DNA from: a virus | IMG/VR virus record: IMGVR_UViG_3300034111_001103 | Location: 32,001-96,000 of that record | Direction: 5' to 3' (one strand) | DNA: 64,000 bases | Shown here: piece after piece, positions 10,938-20,214 of the stretch | How the letters are laid out: each line of letters opens with the position of its first letter | Numbering within the stretch: position 1 is the stretch's first letter | Position numbers and translations under genes: made by a program | Notes under the pieces: model-generated | Seen by the model: the letters and a program-made list of their open reading frames with translations, nothing else | Databases searched by the model: none | Told to the model about the DNA's origin: nothing

Positions 10938-11762
10938 TTAAAGTTTATACCAATTAGTTCCGTCTGTTACAAATTCAAATGCTTTATCATTTCCTGTATA
11001 ATCATAATGAGTAGCACCATCAATATTGCTCCCAGATTGTGGATTAATTATAATATTATGATTTTTTGATTTTCTTTTTATAATAATTCTTGCAGTCATG
11101 CCATTAAAAAACATTTCAGATGCAATTGGCAAAGTTATAGTTTTGCTTGATGCAGAATTATCAACGATTGTAATCGATGCACAACTAGAAGCATTTAATG
11201 TAGTATTAGAGTTTATAACCTCAATAGATGTTGCATAGAATCCATTTACTTGTAATTTTGCTTCATTTGTAGTAGTTTCAAAGTTATCTATTCCAATAGC
11301 AGTTTTACCATTTTTAAGGATTGTAAATGCGTCTGATGGATTGCCACTTCCACCATTACCTACTACTAATAATCTATCTGTTGGCTCAAATGAAGTTGCG
11401 GATATTGGAGTATAGTCTGTATTTAAAGAACCTAATGATGTTTCTGAAAATGATTTTGCAGTTGTTTCAGTCCCCATTGCAGTAGAATAATCCCCACTAG
11501 CAATAGCACCTAGACCACTCATAGCTATACTATTTAATCCTGCAGCACTTTGAGGAGTAAAAGTTCCTGCATCATAGTTTTCAGAATATAGGTAATAAGA
11601 ACCTCCTCCTCCATTATTAACCCATTCTCCTTGTTGATTTAAAACAAGATCAGGATCTCCAGTAGTACTAGATATACCAAGACAAGCTCGAAGATAGCAA
11701 CAAAGTTTATTCCATCTACTTTCTAGTTTTTTTACTCTACTTTCTAATTCAAATAATCCCAT
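10938..11762 (-). CDS. Fibre/adhesin-like structural protein with YadA-head-like repeats
   Basis: SIAM.G.GA.ASGDYSTAMG..T.A repeats, LLVVGNG...SDAFTILKNG. Confidence 0.6.
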   Translation of the reverse strand: MGLFELESRVKKLESRWNKLCCYLRACLGISSTTGDPDLVLNQQGEWVNNGGGGSYYLYSENYDAGTFTPQSAAGLNSIAMSGLGAIASGDYSTAMGTETTAKSFSETSLGSLNTDYTPISATSFEPTDRLLVVGNGGSGNPSDAFTILKNGKTAIGIDNFETTTNEAKLQVNGFYATSIEVINSNTTLNASSCASITIVDNSASSKTITLPIASEMFFNGMTARIIIKRKSKNHNIIINPQSGSNIDGATHYDYTGNDKAFEFVTDGTNWYKL

Positions 11763-11883
11763 ATTATTATAATTCTATATTTTTTATTTATTGTTTGATT
11801 TGAAAAACTACTCCCTCCCTTTTTAGGGGGAGGATTGTAGAAAAACTCACTGAAACCAAAAAACAGGAAGTTTTGTAAAATTT

Positions 11884-12819
11884 TTATATTACTCTTTCCA
11901 CTATTAGAGAAAGGATACCCTTTCCTCCTACAGTTGTTTTAGCAGCTAAACACATTATTGTATCATCTGCTACAAAATCCCAAGTAGATGGAGTAAATGT
12001 TAGAGAAACAGTATCATTTACAGCACTAGATAAAGGTACAGTTAAAATACCCATAGATGTAAAAGGAGAGGTGTTGTATTTAAAATTAATAGTCCCATTA
12101 TCTGTAGCAGATAAAACTTTTGTAACACAGAAGTAAGCTTCTTTCATAAAACCAGCAAAAGGTAGTTTTATAATATTAGCACTTTGTTCCCCTGATTCAA
12201 AAGAAATTGGGATATTTATTACTTCATATAAAGAAGATAATACAAAAGCAGATTTATTTATAGTGGTAACAGTAGTACCATTGCCTATAGGAATTTCATT
12301 GTTTGCTAAAGCTAAATCAGCTGGATTTCCTGAAGCATCTCCTATCTTAACAGAAGAAACTGTCATTGTAGCTAATTTGGCATTAGTTACTGAATCATCA
12401 GCTAAACTAGAAGTAGAGATAGCACCAGGAGCAATCTTAGAAGAAGTAATAGCATTGTTCTGTATATTAGAGGTAGAAACAATATTACTATCATCAAAAG
12501 AAGATTGAATATCTACATCCCAAGTGGAACCATTATAAGTACATAGTATTTCTTGAGAGTTAAGAGCTTGAGGAGCTGTTAGAGCTTGACCAAATATTGT
12601 TACAGATGTAGAGTTAGTAGTTATATCTAGTATAGCTTTATAGTTAAAAACATAAGTTAGACCTGTGATGGCTGTATTTATAGGAGCTATAGTAACATTA
12701 GAAATCATTGTAGCTGTTCCTATTATGTTATATATTTCTGTAGAGGCTGTAGTATCTAAAGTGAAAGAACCTCCAGATGCTGTTATAGTTATTGTATCTT
12801 GTACTTTTAAAAAAGGCAT
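11884..12819 (-). CDS. Structural protein (fibre-like)
   Basis: Thr/Ser-rich; I.NNAITSSKIA..A...LAD.SVT.AKLA repeats. Confidence 0.6.
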   Translation of the reverse strand: MPFLKVQDTITITASGGSFTLDTTASTEIYNIIGTATMISNVTIAPINTAITGLTYVFNYKAILDITTNSTSVTIFGQALTAPQALNSQEILCTYNGSTWDVDIQSSFDDSNIVSTSNIQNNAITSSKIAPGAISTSSLADDSVTNAKLATMTVSSVKIGDASGNPADLALANNEIPIGNGTTVTTINKSAFVLSSLYEVINIPISFESGEQSANIIKLPFAGFMKEAYFCVTKVLSATDNGTINFKYNTSPFTSMGILTVPLSSAVNDTVSLTFTPSTWDFVADDTIMCLAAKTTVGGKGILSLIVERVI

Positions 12820-12820
12820 A

Positions 12821-13777
12821 TTATATTTTTTTAAGTAATTCTATTCTAAATAAATCATTTTTAGCAGGGACTGCAACAGTAGAACCAGTACATTGTGCTT
12901 GTATATTTAAAGTAGTCCAATCTATTGTGTCATAGAAACTATAAGTATGTGCTACTTGTTGAGTTGTGTAAGAAGTTACATTGTTAGGAGTATAAGTTAA
13001 ATTTGTTTCTCCTAGTGTTTTATGTACAGTTCCTGTGATTAGAGCATTGTTGGAACCTGATAAAGCAACTACATTTATGTCTAAATCAAAAAGAAAAGAG
13101 TAAGCTTCAGTATCTTGTCCATCATTTCTACCAGATAAGTTTGTGCCAGAAGAAAGTAATATTGAACAAAACCCAGTACTACCAAAATCCTTTATAGTAG
13201 GTAATTGAAAACTAGATCTTACTTTAATTACATCTCCTACTGCTAAAGAGTAAGTTGTTATGTAGTTAGCTAAAAAAGACTTAGTAGTTGCTAAAGTAGC
13301 AGCATTAGGTCTAGTTAAAGGAGCATTATTAGCATATATAACTCCAGATAAAGCTAAGTTTGAAATAGTATCACAACAATCTTCTATAGCTGTAACTCTT
13401 GTATCTAAATCTCCTATTAAAAGAAGATTTGTTTGGTCTCCAGAAGTTATAGTATTCTGAAGATGTACAAAAGTAGAATTAATGTAATCTTGATAAACAT
13501 CAGCTATATCTACATAATAAGTAGTTGTAGTTCCAGAAGTAGCTGAAGTTACTGTTATTTTAGTAGGATCAGCAGAAGCTACTACTGTAGTAGTCACTCC
13601 ACTAGGACTATTAGTACAGATAAAATCATTTATTCTACTTAAAATAACTTCTAAAGAATCTCCACTAACAGCAGGAATACAATCTAAAGTTTCTGACTTA
13701 TAAAAAATGCATTGGGCATCTAGCTGTATTTCACAACCACATTGATTTAAAGAAGTATTTTCACAACCACAAGCCAT
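12821..13777 (-). CDS. Structural protein with Cys-rich N-terminus
   Basis: MACGCEN...C...C; located in the structural operon. Confidence 0.55.
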   Translation of the reverse strand: MACGCENTSLNQCGCEIQLDAQCIFYKSETLDCIPAVSGDSLEVILSRINDFICTNSPSGVTTTVVASADPTKITVTSATSGTTTTYYVDIADVYQDYINSTFVHLQNTITSGDQTNLLLIGDLDTRVTAIEDCCDTISNLALSGVIYANNAPLTRPNAATLATTKSFLANYITTYSLAVGDVIKVRSSFQLPTIKDFGSTGFCSILLSSGTNLSGRNDGQDTEAYSFLFDLDINVVALSGSNNALITGTVHKTLGETNLTYTPNNVTSYTTQQVAHTYSFYDTIDWTTLNIQAQCTGSTVAVPAKNDLFRIELLKKI

Positions 13778-13798
13778 ATTATTAATTTTTTTTATATT

Positions 13799-14428
13799 TT
13801 AATTTGTTTCTATTGAAAAACCATCTAAAGAGAATCTAAAATTACCTATGGGAGATGCTTCTCCTGTAGATTCATATCTTACTCCTGGAATAAATACTCC
13901 TGTTGAGGGAATAGATATGACTGCATTTAACCAATTAGATACATCATAACCTGTTATATTTGGAAATCTAAAAGCACAAGAATGAAATTCTCTAGTTAAA
14001 AGAGGTCTTATTGTAGAAGGTAATGTTAGAGGAGAAGAGTTATTAGTTGGATCAGGATTTGCTACAAAAGTATTATTGTTACAAATTCCTCTAAAATGTA
14101 CTTTACCTATTATAGAAGGATCTAAAGCATATTGAGGTTTTTGGAAACCTGAAGGAACAGTCCATCCTTCATTTAAAGTTAAATCTACCCAAGTTAAACT
14201 TTCTGTTGCAGGTCTGTTACAAATATAGTCTAACATCAATTCTGCAAATTCTTGCATATTATCTGGTATACTAGATAAACAAGATTCAGGTACAGTTAAA
14301 GATACACATTTTGCTTGTACAACATTTACACAATCAAATTCATCAGGACAATCTGTACAATTAGGTTGACCTATTCTAGTACCTTGATTATTATATATTG
14401 GAGTTCCTCCACAATTAGTTGATGACAT
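13799..14428 (-). CDS. Structural protein with receptor-binding-like C-terminal domain
   Basis: W.DLTL..GW...PQY...V.FRG...TLPSTIRP...SLDG fibre-tip-like pattern. Confidence 0.55.
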   Translation of the reverse strand: MSSTNCGGTPIYNNQGTRIGQPNCTDCPDEFDCVNVVQAKCVSLTVPESCLSSIPDNMQEFAELMLDYICNRPATESLTWVDLTLNEGWTVPSGFQKPQYALDPSIIGKVHFRGICNNNTFVANPDPTNNSSPLTLPSTIRPLLTREFHSCAFRFPNITGYDVSNWLNAVISIPSTGVFIPGVRYESTGEASPIGNFRFSLDGFSIETN

Positions 14429-14446
14429 ATTTATTTATTTTTTGTA

Positions 14447-15076
14447 TTACACACAAGATCCTCCTCCAAGTGTTAGAGTTTTTAGACAATTTACTTGTCT
14501 TATTAGAACTCCTATTTGGGCAGATTGTAAAGCTAAACTAGTTTGTAAATTAGCTATTGTAGTAGCTTGTTCTTGTACCATACAAGATAAAGATTTACCT
14601 GTAGGAACAGGACATAATTCAAATCCTAAATTAGATTTTAACTCACATAAACAATTTAATACATTTTGTATAGCTTCAGATACTGTAACAGTCCCTACAG
14701 TAACACAAGGGCTATCTGCACAACATTTATAGTCTACAGTTACCATTGGTTCAAAAGTAGATAAATCTGTATTTAGAGTATCTATTTGAGATTGTAGATT
14801 ACAAGATTCTTCTAAAAGAAAAAGTATAAACTCAAGGATAGTTTTATCTCTAGTACCCCAAGCTGTCACTAGACAAGGAGGAAGAACAATAGTAGAAACA
14901 TTTGTTGCTCCCACTAATTCACATAACTTTTCAGCTATAGAAACCTGAACTGTAGTTAGTTTCATTCCAGGACAAATTTCTAAACAAGGTATTTCTGGTC
15001 CTTGATATGAAACACAGTCAGAAGTAATTACATCTGGACAATTATAAAAGGAATCTTGGCAAGTCTTACAGCTCAT
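14447..15076 (-). CDS. Cys-rich coiled-coil structural protein
   Basis: Many Cys residues, C-terminal heptads. Confidence 0.55.
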   Translation of the reverse strand: MSCKTCQDSFYNCPDVITSDCVSYQGPEIPCLEICPGMKLTTVQVSIAEKLCELVGATNVSTIVLPPCLVTAWGTRDKTILEFILFLLEESCNLQSQIDTLNTDLSTFEPMVTVDYKCCADSPCVTVGTVTVSEAIQNVLNCLCELKSNLGFELCPVPTGKSLSCMVQEQATTIANLQTSLALQSAQIGVLIRQVNCLKTLTLGGGSCV

Positions 15077-15344
15077 TTAATTTATTTTTTATAACACTAA
15101 AAATATCTTCTATTTTGTAATCTTTAAAACAAGTATCACAATTTTTAATCTTTTCTAAGAGTTCTTTATATTTAGCTACTTTAAAAACTAAATCTTTATT
15201 TATAGTACCTCCTAAATCAAATCTTTGAGAAGAATGAAAAGCATTTATTTTTTTTGAAAGTTTTTTATCTATGGTTCTTTGTAATTTTTCTATATCTTCA
15301 CAAGAATAACCACAATCACAATTATTTGGTGTCATTACAATCAC
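15066..15344 (-). CDS. Hypothetical structural-module protein
   Basis: Overlaps both neighbours. Confidence 0.55.
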   Translation of the reverse strand: MIVMTPNNCDCGYSCEDIEKLQRTIDKKLSKKINAFHSSQRFDLGGTINKDLVFKVAKYKELLEKIKNCDTCFKDYKIEDIFSVIKNKLNEL

Positions 15345-15876
15345 AGTTTATTAGATTATCCAATATTTTACTTGCTTTAGAATATAAAGAATTAGCTTCT
15401 TTAAGATTACAGTCATTAGTATTTGCTAATACTCCTTCCATATATAATCCAGCTAATTTTAGTTTTTCTAGTTTATCTTTAGAATAACAAGCAGAACATT
15501 GTGCAAAATCTAATTCTAAGAGAGCTTTAAAGTAAAGACACTCTAGTTTACACATTCTGTAGAAAGTTCTTTCTTTATAGAATTGATCATGAGGACATAT
15601 ACTGATTTTAATAGTATAAGGACCATCTGGTAATTCTATATAGTCAGCAGGATCTAAAACTTTCTTTATATTTAGATTAGAACTGTTTAGAATAGTTACT
15701 CCTTCTTTATAGTAAGTTAATTCTACAGGGTTTGTATAACCTGGAGCTAATACTTGCATAATAGGTTCTGTAATAGTTTGAGCAGGATTATAATAAGATA
15801 TATCCATAACACCTATAGTATTACAAGTATGAGTATTTACAAAAGAAAAATCTAAAAAAGTATTATTAAAAGCCAT
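15322..15876 (-). CDS. Structural-module protein (crAss-like)
   Basis: LPDGPYTIK motif; Cys-rich C-terminus. Confidence 0.6.
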   Translation of the reverse strand: MAFNNTFLDFSFVNTHTCNTIGVMDISYYNPAQTITEPIMQVLAPGYTNPVELTYYKEGVTILNSSNLNIKKVLDPADYIELPDGPYTIKISICPHDQFYKERTFYRMCKLECLYFKALLELDFAQCSACYSKDKLEKLKLAGLYMEGVLANTNDCNLKEANSLYSKASKILDNLINCDCNDTK

Positions 15877-15989
15877 TATTTTTTATTTATAAGTTCCCTG
15901 CACATTCTACAGATACCATTTATTATACCAAGACTACAAGCTTTTCCAGCTTTTCCACATTTGGTACATTTTGTTTGACCACAAGACAT
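15876..15989 (-). CDS. 37-aa Cys-rich peptide (not in ORF track)
   Basis: MSCGQTKCTKCGKAGKACSLGIINGICRMCRELINKK; TAATG coupling to the next gene. Confidence 0.6.
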   Translation of the reverse strand: MSCGQTKCTKCGKAGKACSLGIINGICRMCRELINKK

Positions 15990-16024
15990 GATTTATTTTG
16001 GTTTTTTTGGTTTAAAAAAGAATA

Positions 16025-16462
16025 TTAATCACAATTATCTACTCCTGTTAAAGAAGTTACATCGGATTTATATACTACTCTAGACTTAAAAGCTAAAAGC
16101 AATAATTGTACATTTATTGTTGAAGGAGAATTATACCAAGAAGTTTGTAAATTTCCAGTCCAATTACCTAAAGAATCTAATGTTATAGTATTAATAACTC
16201 CTCCTTCTGGTTCTGTAGAACTTACTATAAATACTTTACAAGTGTTTCCAGCTAATTTAGGAAATGATATAGATACATTTTCAAATATAACACCTGTTAC
16301 ATTAGTATTACTTCCACAAGTAAATGTATCATATGTTACAGAAGGAATACAACAAGGTTCTAAAATAGTTTTGAAATCATTATACATAGTTTTAGAAACT
16401 ATATGTTTTAATTGAGCTAAAAGAGAGGTTTTATAATTAGAAGGTTGTTTTAAGAAAGCCAT
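16025..16462 (-). CDS. Structural-module protein
   Basis: 145-aa ORF in the late operon. Confidence 0.55.
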   Translation of the reverse strand: MAFLKQPSNYKTSLLAQLKHIVSKTMYNDFKTILEPCCIPSVTYDTFTCGSNTNVTGVIFENVSISFPKLAGNTCKVFIVSSTEPEGGVINTITLDSLGNWTGNLQTSWYNSPSTINVQLLLLAFKSRVVYKSDVTSLTGVDNCD

Positions 16463-16560
16463 TTTATTTTAATTTTTATATTTTTAAACAATAAAAAAGG
16501 GAGGTTCAAGGAAGTTTCCTTATTCCTCCCTAATAATAGGTTATTTATTTAGAGTATTTT

Positions 16561-18495
16561 TTAGATAACTATAGGTGATACTATTGAACCTGGGAAAGAA
16601 ACAAAAGCATTGATAGCATTTACAAAACTAGAACCTTGTCCAGCAGGAAAGTACACTGTTAATGAATGTTCTTCAAATTGAGAGTGTCCAAAACCTGAAG
16701 CCATACCAGAGTTTCCTACTTCTGAAGTATATGTCAAAACATATTCATCATAGTATCCTTGTAAATCTATTCCTAATTCATATCCCATAGCATCTCTTGT
16801 TGCAGGATCACTATTCCAGTTTCTGTTAAAGTAGAAGTTAGATAATACTACTCTTTCAGAAAGTACACTAGAACCATATCCTTTTGCATATTTAACTCCT
16901 TGAACAACTGTTACAGGGAAATCAGAAGAGCAAAGTTCACTATAATCCATATCATTAGGGTTTTTACTAGATACAGATATAAACAAAGGTTCAACTTCAT
17001 AAGAAACTGCTTCAAAAAAACATTCTTTTCTATCTCTTTGTACATAAGCACTTTCTAATTGTACTCCACATACACAACCTACACCAGTAACATCAGTAGC
17101 TACTAAAGTCCATATAGAACCATTAAAAGGTTGAGGAGCTGTAAAAGTATAAGTAGGGTCAGAACAATCATCACAATAAATATTATCACTTTCTATTTCT
17201 ATGAAATATTGAGTAGTACAAGTACCAGTGTTAGTAGTTCCTTGAGTTACAGTACCAATTCCATCATAAGCTGCTTGTAATTCTGTTAAGAATCCATCTC
17301 CACAAACATTATTTTTAAGAGATATAGAGTAGCTTTGTAAAGCTCTAGTACAAGTAACACCTTCAGTCCATGCTATAGAAGTAGCAGTATCTTGAGTACA
17401 AACTGCTTGAACATCTCCTATAAGAGTAACCACATCCCCAGCTGTAGCAGCAGCTAAAGTTGCACTTGTAGAATATATTTCATAAGTAGAAGTACCAAAT
17501 GCTCGAGATAATCTTATTGCTGTATTTTCTTCTGCTGTTGCAGTATAGTCAGTTTTAAAAGTAGCTAATGCTGTTGGAGTACCATCATCTGTTCTTGTTA
17601 CAGTATAAGCATACAAACCATCTACTAAAGTATATCCAGAAGGACAAGTAGTACAATTAGGAATTGTAGGAGTAACAGAAGAATCAAAAGCTGTTGGAGT
17701 AGAACTATCACATACAACTAATTTATAAGTTGAGTAAACTCCTGATCTAGATAATCTAGATACAGCTGTACCAATATACTGAGCTTGAACTCTTCCTAGT
17801 GCTTCTTGATTACCTGCATCAGCTACAACCAAAGTAAATTCTGTACAGTTTACAGTAGCATAACCACTTGGAGTATCACAAGATACAACTTTAGAAGCTC
17901 TTACATATTTAGAAAGTAATTCTCCACCTATAGTTTTTCTTTTATTGATTGCATCAATCATTGCATCTGCAACTACATTACAATCTACTAAAGCTCCACA
18001 ATTATCTGCACATTCATCAGTACAAGGTAACTGAATAGTAAATGCTTCAGTTAATGTATTGTAGTGAGTAGTAGAACTAGCTCCTAAAAGATTTCCTATA
18101 GGTGCTCCAGATAATGTTAGGTAGAAATTCATATCTTTACCTTCTTGTAAAGATAAAGTTTTAGTAGCATCCACACCATCATAACCAATTCTTACAATCA
18201 TATTCTGAGGTGCTTGGCTTTTATTACCAACCCAAGATTTAATACTTGATGCTTTAATTGGAAGAGATTTTGGTGTTTCATTTGTTAGACCAATTCCCAT
18301 AGGAAAAGATCTAACATCTCTACCCCAAGCTATTATAATAGCATTGTTTGTAGGATATGAAGGAGTAGTTACTGCTTGATAAGTTCTAGCATCGAAAACT
18401 CCAATTTGAAAATCACCTAAATCATAAGTTGATCCTGTAGAAGGAATAGAACCTAAGTTTGTGATAAATGCATTTCTGTACGGTTGTGTTGCCAT
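16561..18495 (-). CDS. Large virion structural protein (auxiliary capsid/decoration-like)
   Basis: 644 aa, Thr/Cys-rich; position downstream of the MCP block as in crAss-like phages. Confidence 0.6.
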   Translation of the reverse strand: MATQPYRNAFITNLGSIPSTGSTYDLGDFQIGVFDARTYQAVTTPSYPTNNAIIIAWGRDVRSFPMGIGLTNETPKSLPIKASSIKSWVGNKSQAPQNMIVRIGYDGVDATKTLSLQEGKDMNFYLTLSGAPIGNLLGASSTTHYNTLTEAFTIQLPCTDECADNCGALVDCNVVADAMIDAINKRKTIGGELLSKYVRASKVVSCDTPSGYATVNCTEFTLVVADAGNQEALGRVQAQYIGTAVSRLSRSGVYSTYKLVVCDSSTPTAFDSSVTPTIPNCTTCPSGYTLVDGLYAYTVTRTDDGTPTALATFKTDYTATAEENTAIRLSRAFGTSTYEIYSTSATLAAATAGDVVTLIGDVQAVCTQDTATSIAWTEGVTCTRALQSYSISLKNNVCGDGFLTELQAAYDGIGTVTQGTTNTGTCTTQYFIEIESDNIYCDDCSDPTYTFTAPQPFNGSIWTLVATDVTGVGCVCGVQLESAYVQRDRKECFFEAVSYEVEPLFISVSSKNPNDMDYSELCSSDFPVTVVQGVKYAKGYGSSVLSERVVLSNFYFNRNWNSDPATRDAMGYELGIDLQGYYDEYVLTYTSEVGNSGMASGFGHSQFEEHSLTVYFPAGQGSSFVNAINAFVSFPGSIVSPIVI

Positions 18496-18527
18496 TTTAT
18501 TTTATTTGTTTAAATTTATTTTTATAA

Positions 18528-19190
18528 TTAGTTTTGTTTAACTTTCCTACTATCTGCTAGTTGATAACCTATTGAATTTTCTGAACTTCTAAAGAATTCT
18601 TCTACAGCATAGTTTATGATTTCATCCATAAACCTATCATCTATAGGTAGAGGTTGGTTTGTTGAATTTGTGTTGTCTATATTAATGTATCCTTCTATAT
18701 CAAAAGTTGGAAGATTTAAATAATAAGTAACAGTTATTTTAGGTATAGTAAAATCTGTTTTATATACTTTTATAGAGTTAGATGCTATTTGGTGAAATGT
18801 CCATTCCCAATCAAAGTCTGGTTTTTGGTTTTCATCAAATTCTAAAAGGTTTTTATTTTGACCTTTAGAGGGTCTAGAAAAGATTACCTTTTTGCATTTG
18901 TCTTTTACAGCTTCACAAGTTACAGATATACATTCAAAAAAGTTTGAGTCTATTGGAAATTCTATAAAATCTCCTTTATCTATACCATTTATTTTTGAGG
19001 TTGTAACTACTAAAGATTGTATGTCATCTATTAGGATAGAGTCTTTATTCTTTAGTTTATCATTCTCCCAGATATTTTTAACTTCATTTATGATTAAAGC
19101 AAATCTGGCTTTATCACATTGAATGTTAAATTCTGTATTACCTTTATTTATTTTTAATAAAAACTTCTGATATGCTATTTCTGGATTCAT
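18528..19190 (-). CDS. Putative head-tail adaptor / ring protein
   Basis: Size and synteny; C-terminal ...P.DD.FMDEII..AV pattern. Confidence 0.5.
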   Translation of the reverse strand: MNPEIAYQKFLLKINKGNTEFNIQCDKARFALIINEVKNIWENDKLKNKDSILIDDIQSLVVTTSKINGIDKGDFIEFPIDSNFFECISVTCEAVKDKCKKVIFSRPSKGQNKNLLEFDENQKPDFDWEWTFHQIASNSIKVYKTDFTIPKITVTYYLNLPTFDIEGYINIDNTNSTNQPLPIDDRFMDEIINYAVEEFFRSSENSIGYQLADSRKVKQN

Positions 19191-19206
19191 TTTAAACCTT
19201 TAGTTT

Positions 19207-20172
19207 TTAGCCAAGGTTTTTCATAGTCTTAGCTTTTTTATCAACTGCTTCTCTCAACTGTGCTAATTCTGTAGAAAAAGAATCAGATTTTAATAATTCA
19301 ATAGAACCTTCTTCAGTATCTCTATAATTAACTCCACCTCTAAAATAACATTTATCTGTAGGATTAAACTTAACTATATTTAAGATTACAGCTTTTTTGA
19401 AAAGATTTGCTGTCATTATATCTTCATTCTTTAAAGAACAAGCATTATTGAATTTTTCTGCTTGAGCAACAATCATTGTTTTTTCATATAACAACTCTTG
19501 TAAAAGATCTTCAGACATATTTCTCTTAGGTTTGTACCCTAAGTAATAAGCAATTTCCCAAGCTCTATCATAATTTACTTTATCTCCAAATAACTCAGAT
19601 AAGTGTTTACCTTTAGCTATATCTATTCTTACTCTTTGTCTAGCATCTTTGTTTATTTCATCTTCAGTTGTTAAGAGGTATTTAGCTTCTCTGAACTTAG
19701 GATCTCCAGCTTCTTCTTTAGTGCCTGGTACTAGATTGTTAAACTTTAAGAAAATAAGAGCTACTTTATGATAAGGATTATCTGTAGGACTTAAATTATA
19801 ACTTTTACCTTTGATGTCCATGTATGCATTACCAAATGCATCATCTCCAAGAACTACACAAAAATCATCCCAGAATTCAGATTTAGGAGATAAGTCAACA
19901 CCTAAAGTATCTTCTAGGTCTTGTTTTAACTCTGTAATTTCTTTAATTTTTTGTTCTTTTTCTTTACCTTTTAAAACCAATACACTTGGATGAGTTACAT
20001 CTAAACCTGTAGAGAATTTTTTTAAGTTATGATTGTAAGGACAAAAAATTAATTTACTAGTATCTGGGTAAGAACTTTTTTTGTAATCAGAAAGTCCTGA
20101 AGGATCTTTCTCAATGTATCTTTGTTTTACTTGATATGACTTAGATAAGTCAATAGTTGAATCAGTGTTCAT
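19207..20172 (-). CDS. Conserved crAss-like protein downstream of MCP
   Basis: Synteny; TGLD motif. Confidence 0.55.
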   Translation of the reverse strand: MNTDSTIDLSKSYQVKQRYIEKDPSGLSDYKKSSYPDTSKLIFCPYNHNLKKFSTGLDVTHPSVLVLKGKEKEQKIKEITELKQDLEDTLGVDLSPKSEFWDDFCVVLGDDAFGNAYMDIKGKSYNLSPTDNPYHKVALIFLKFNNLVPGTKEEAGDPKFREAKYLLTTEDEINKDARQRVRIDIAKGKHLSELFGDKVNYDRAWEIAYYLGYKPKRNMSEDLLQELLYEKTMIVAQAEKFNNACSLKNEDIMTANLFKKAVILNIVKFNPTDKCYFRGGVNYRDTEEGSIELLKSDSFSTELAQLREAVDKKAKTMKNLG

Positions 20173-20214
20173 TTTGGTTTTTTGGTTTTTGGTTTTTTAA
20201 AAATTTAGTATATC

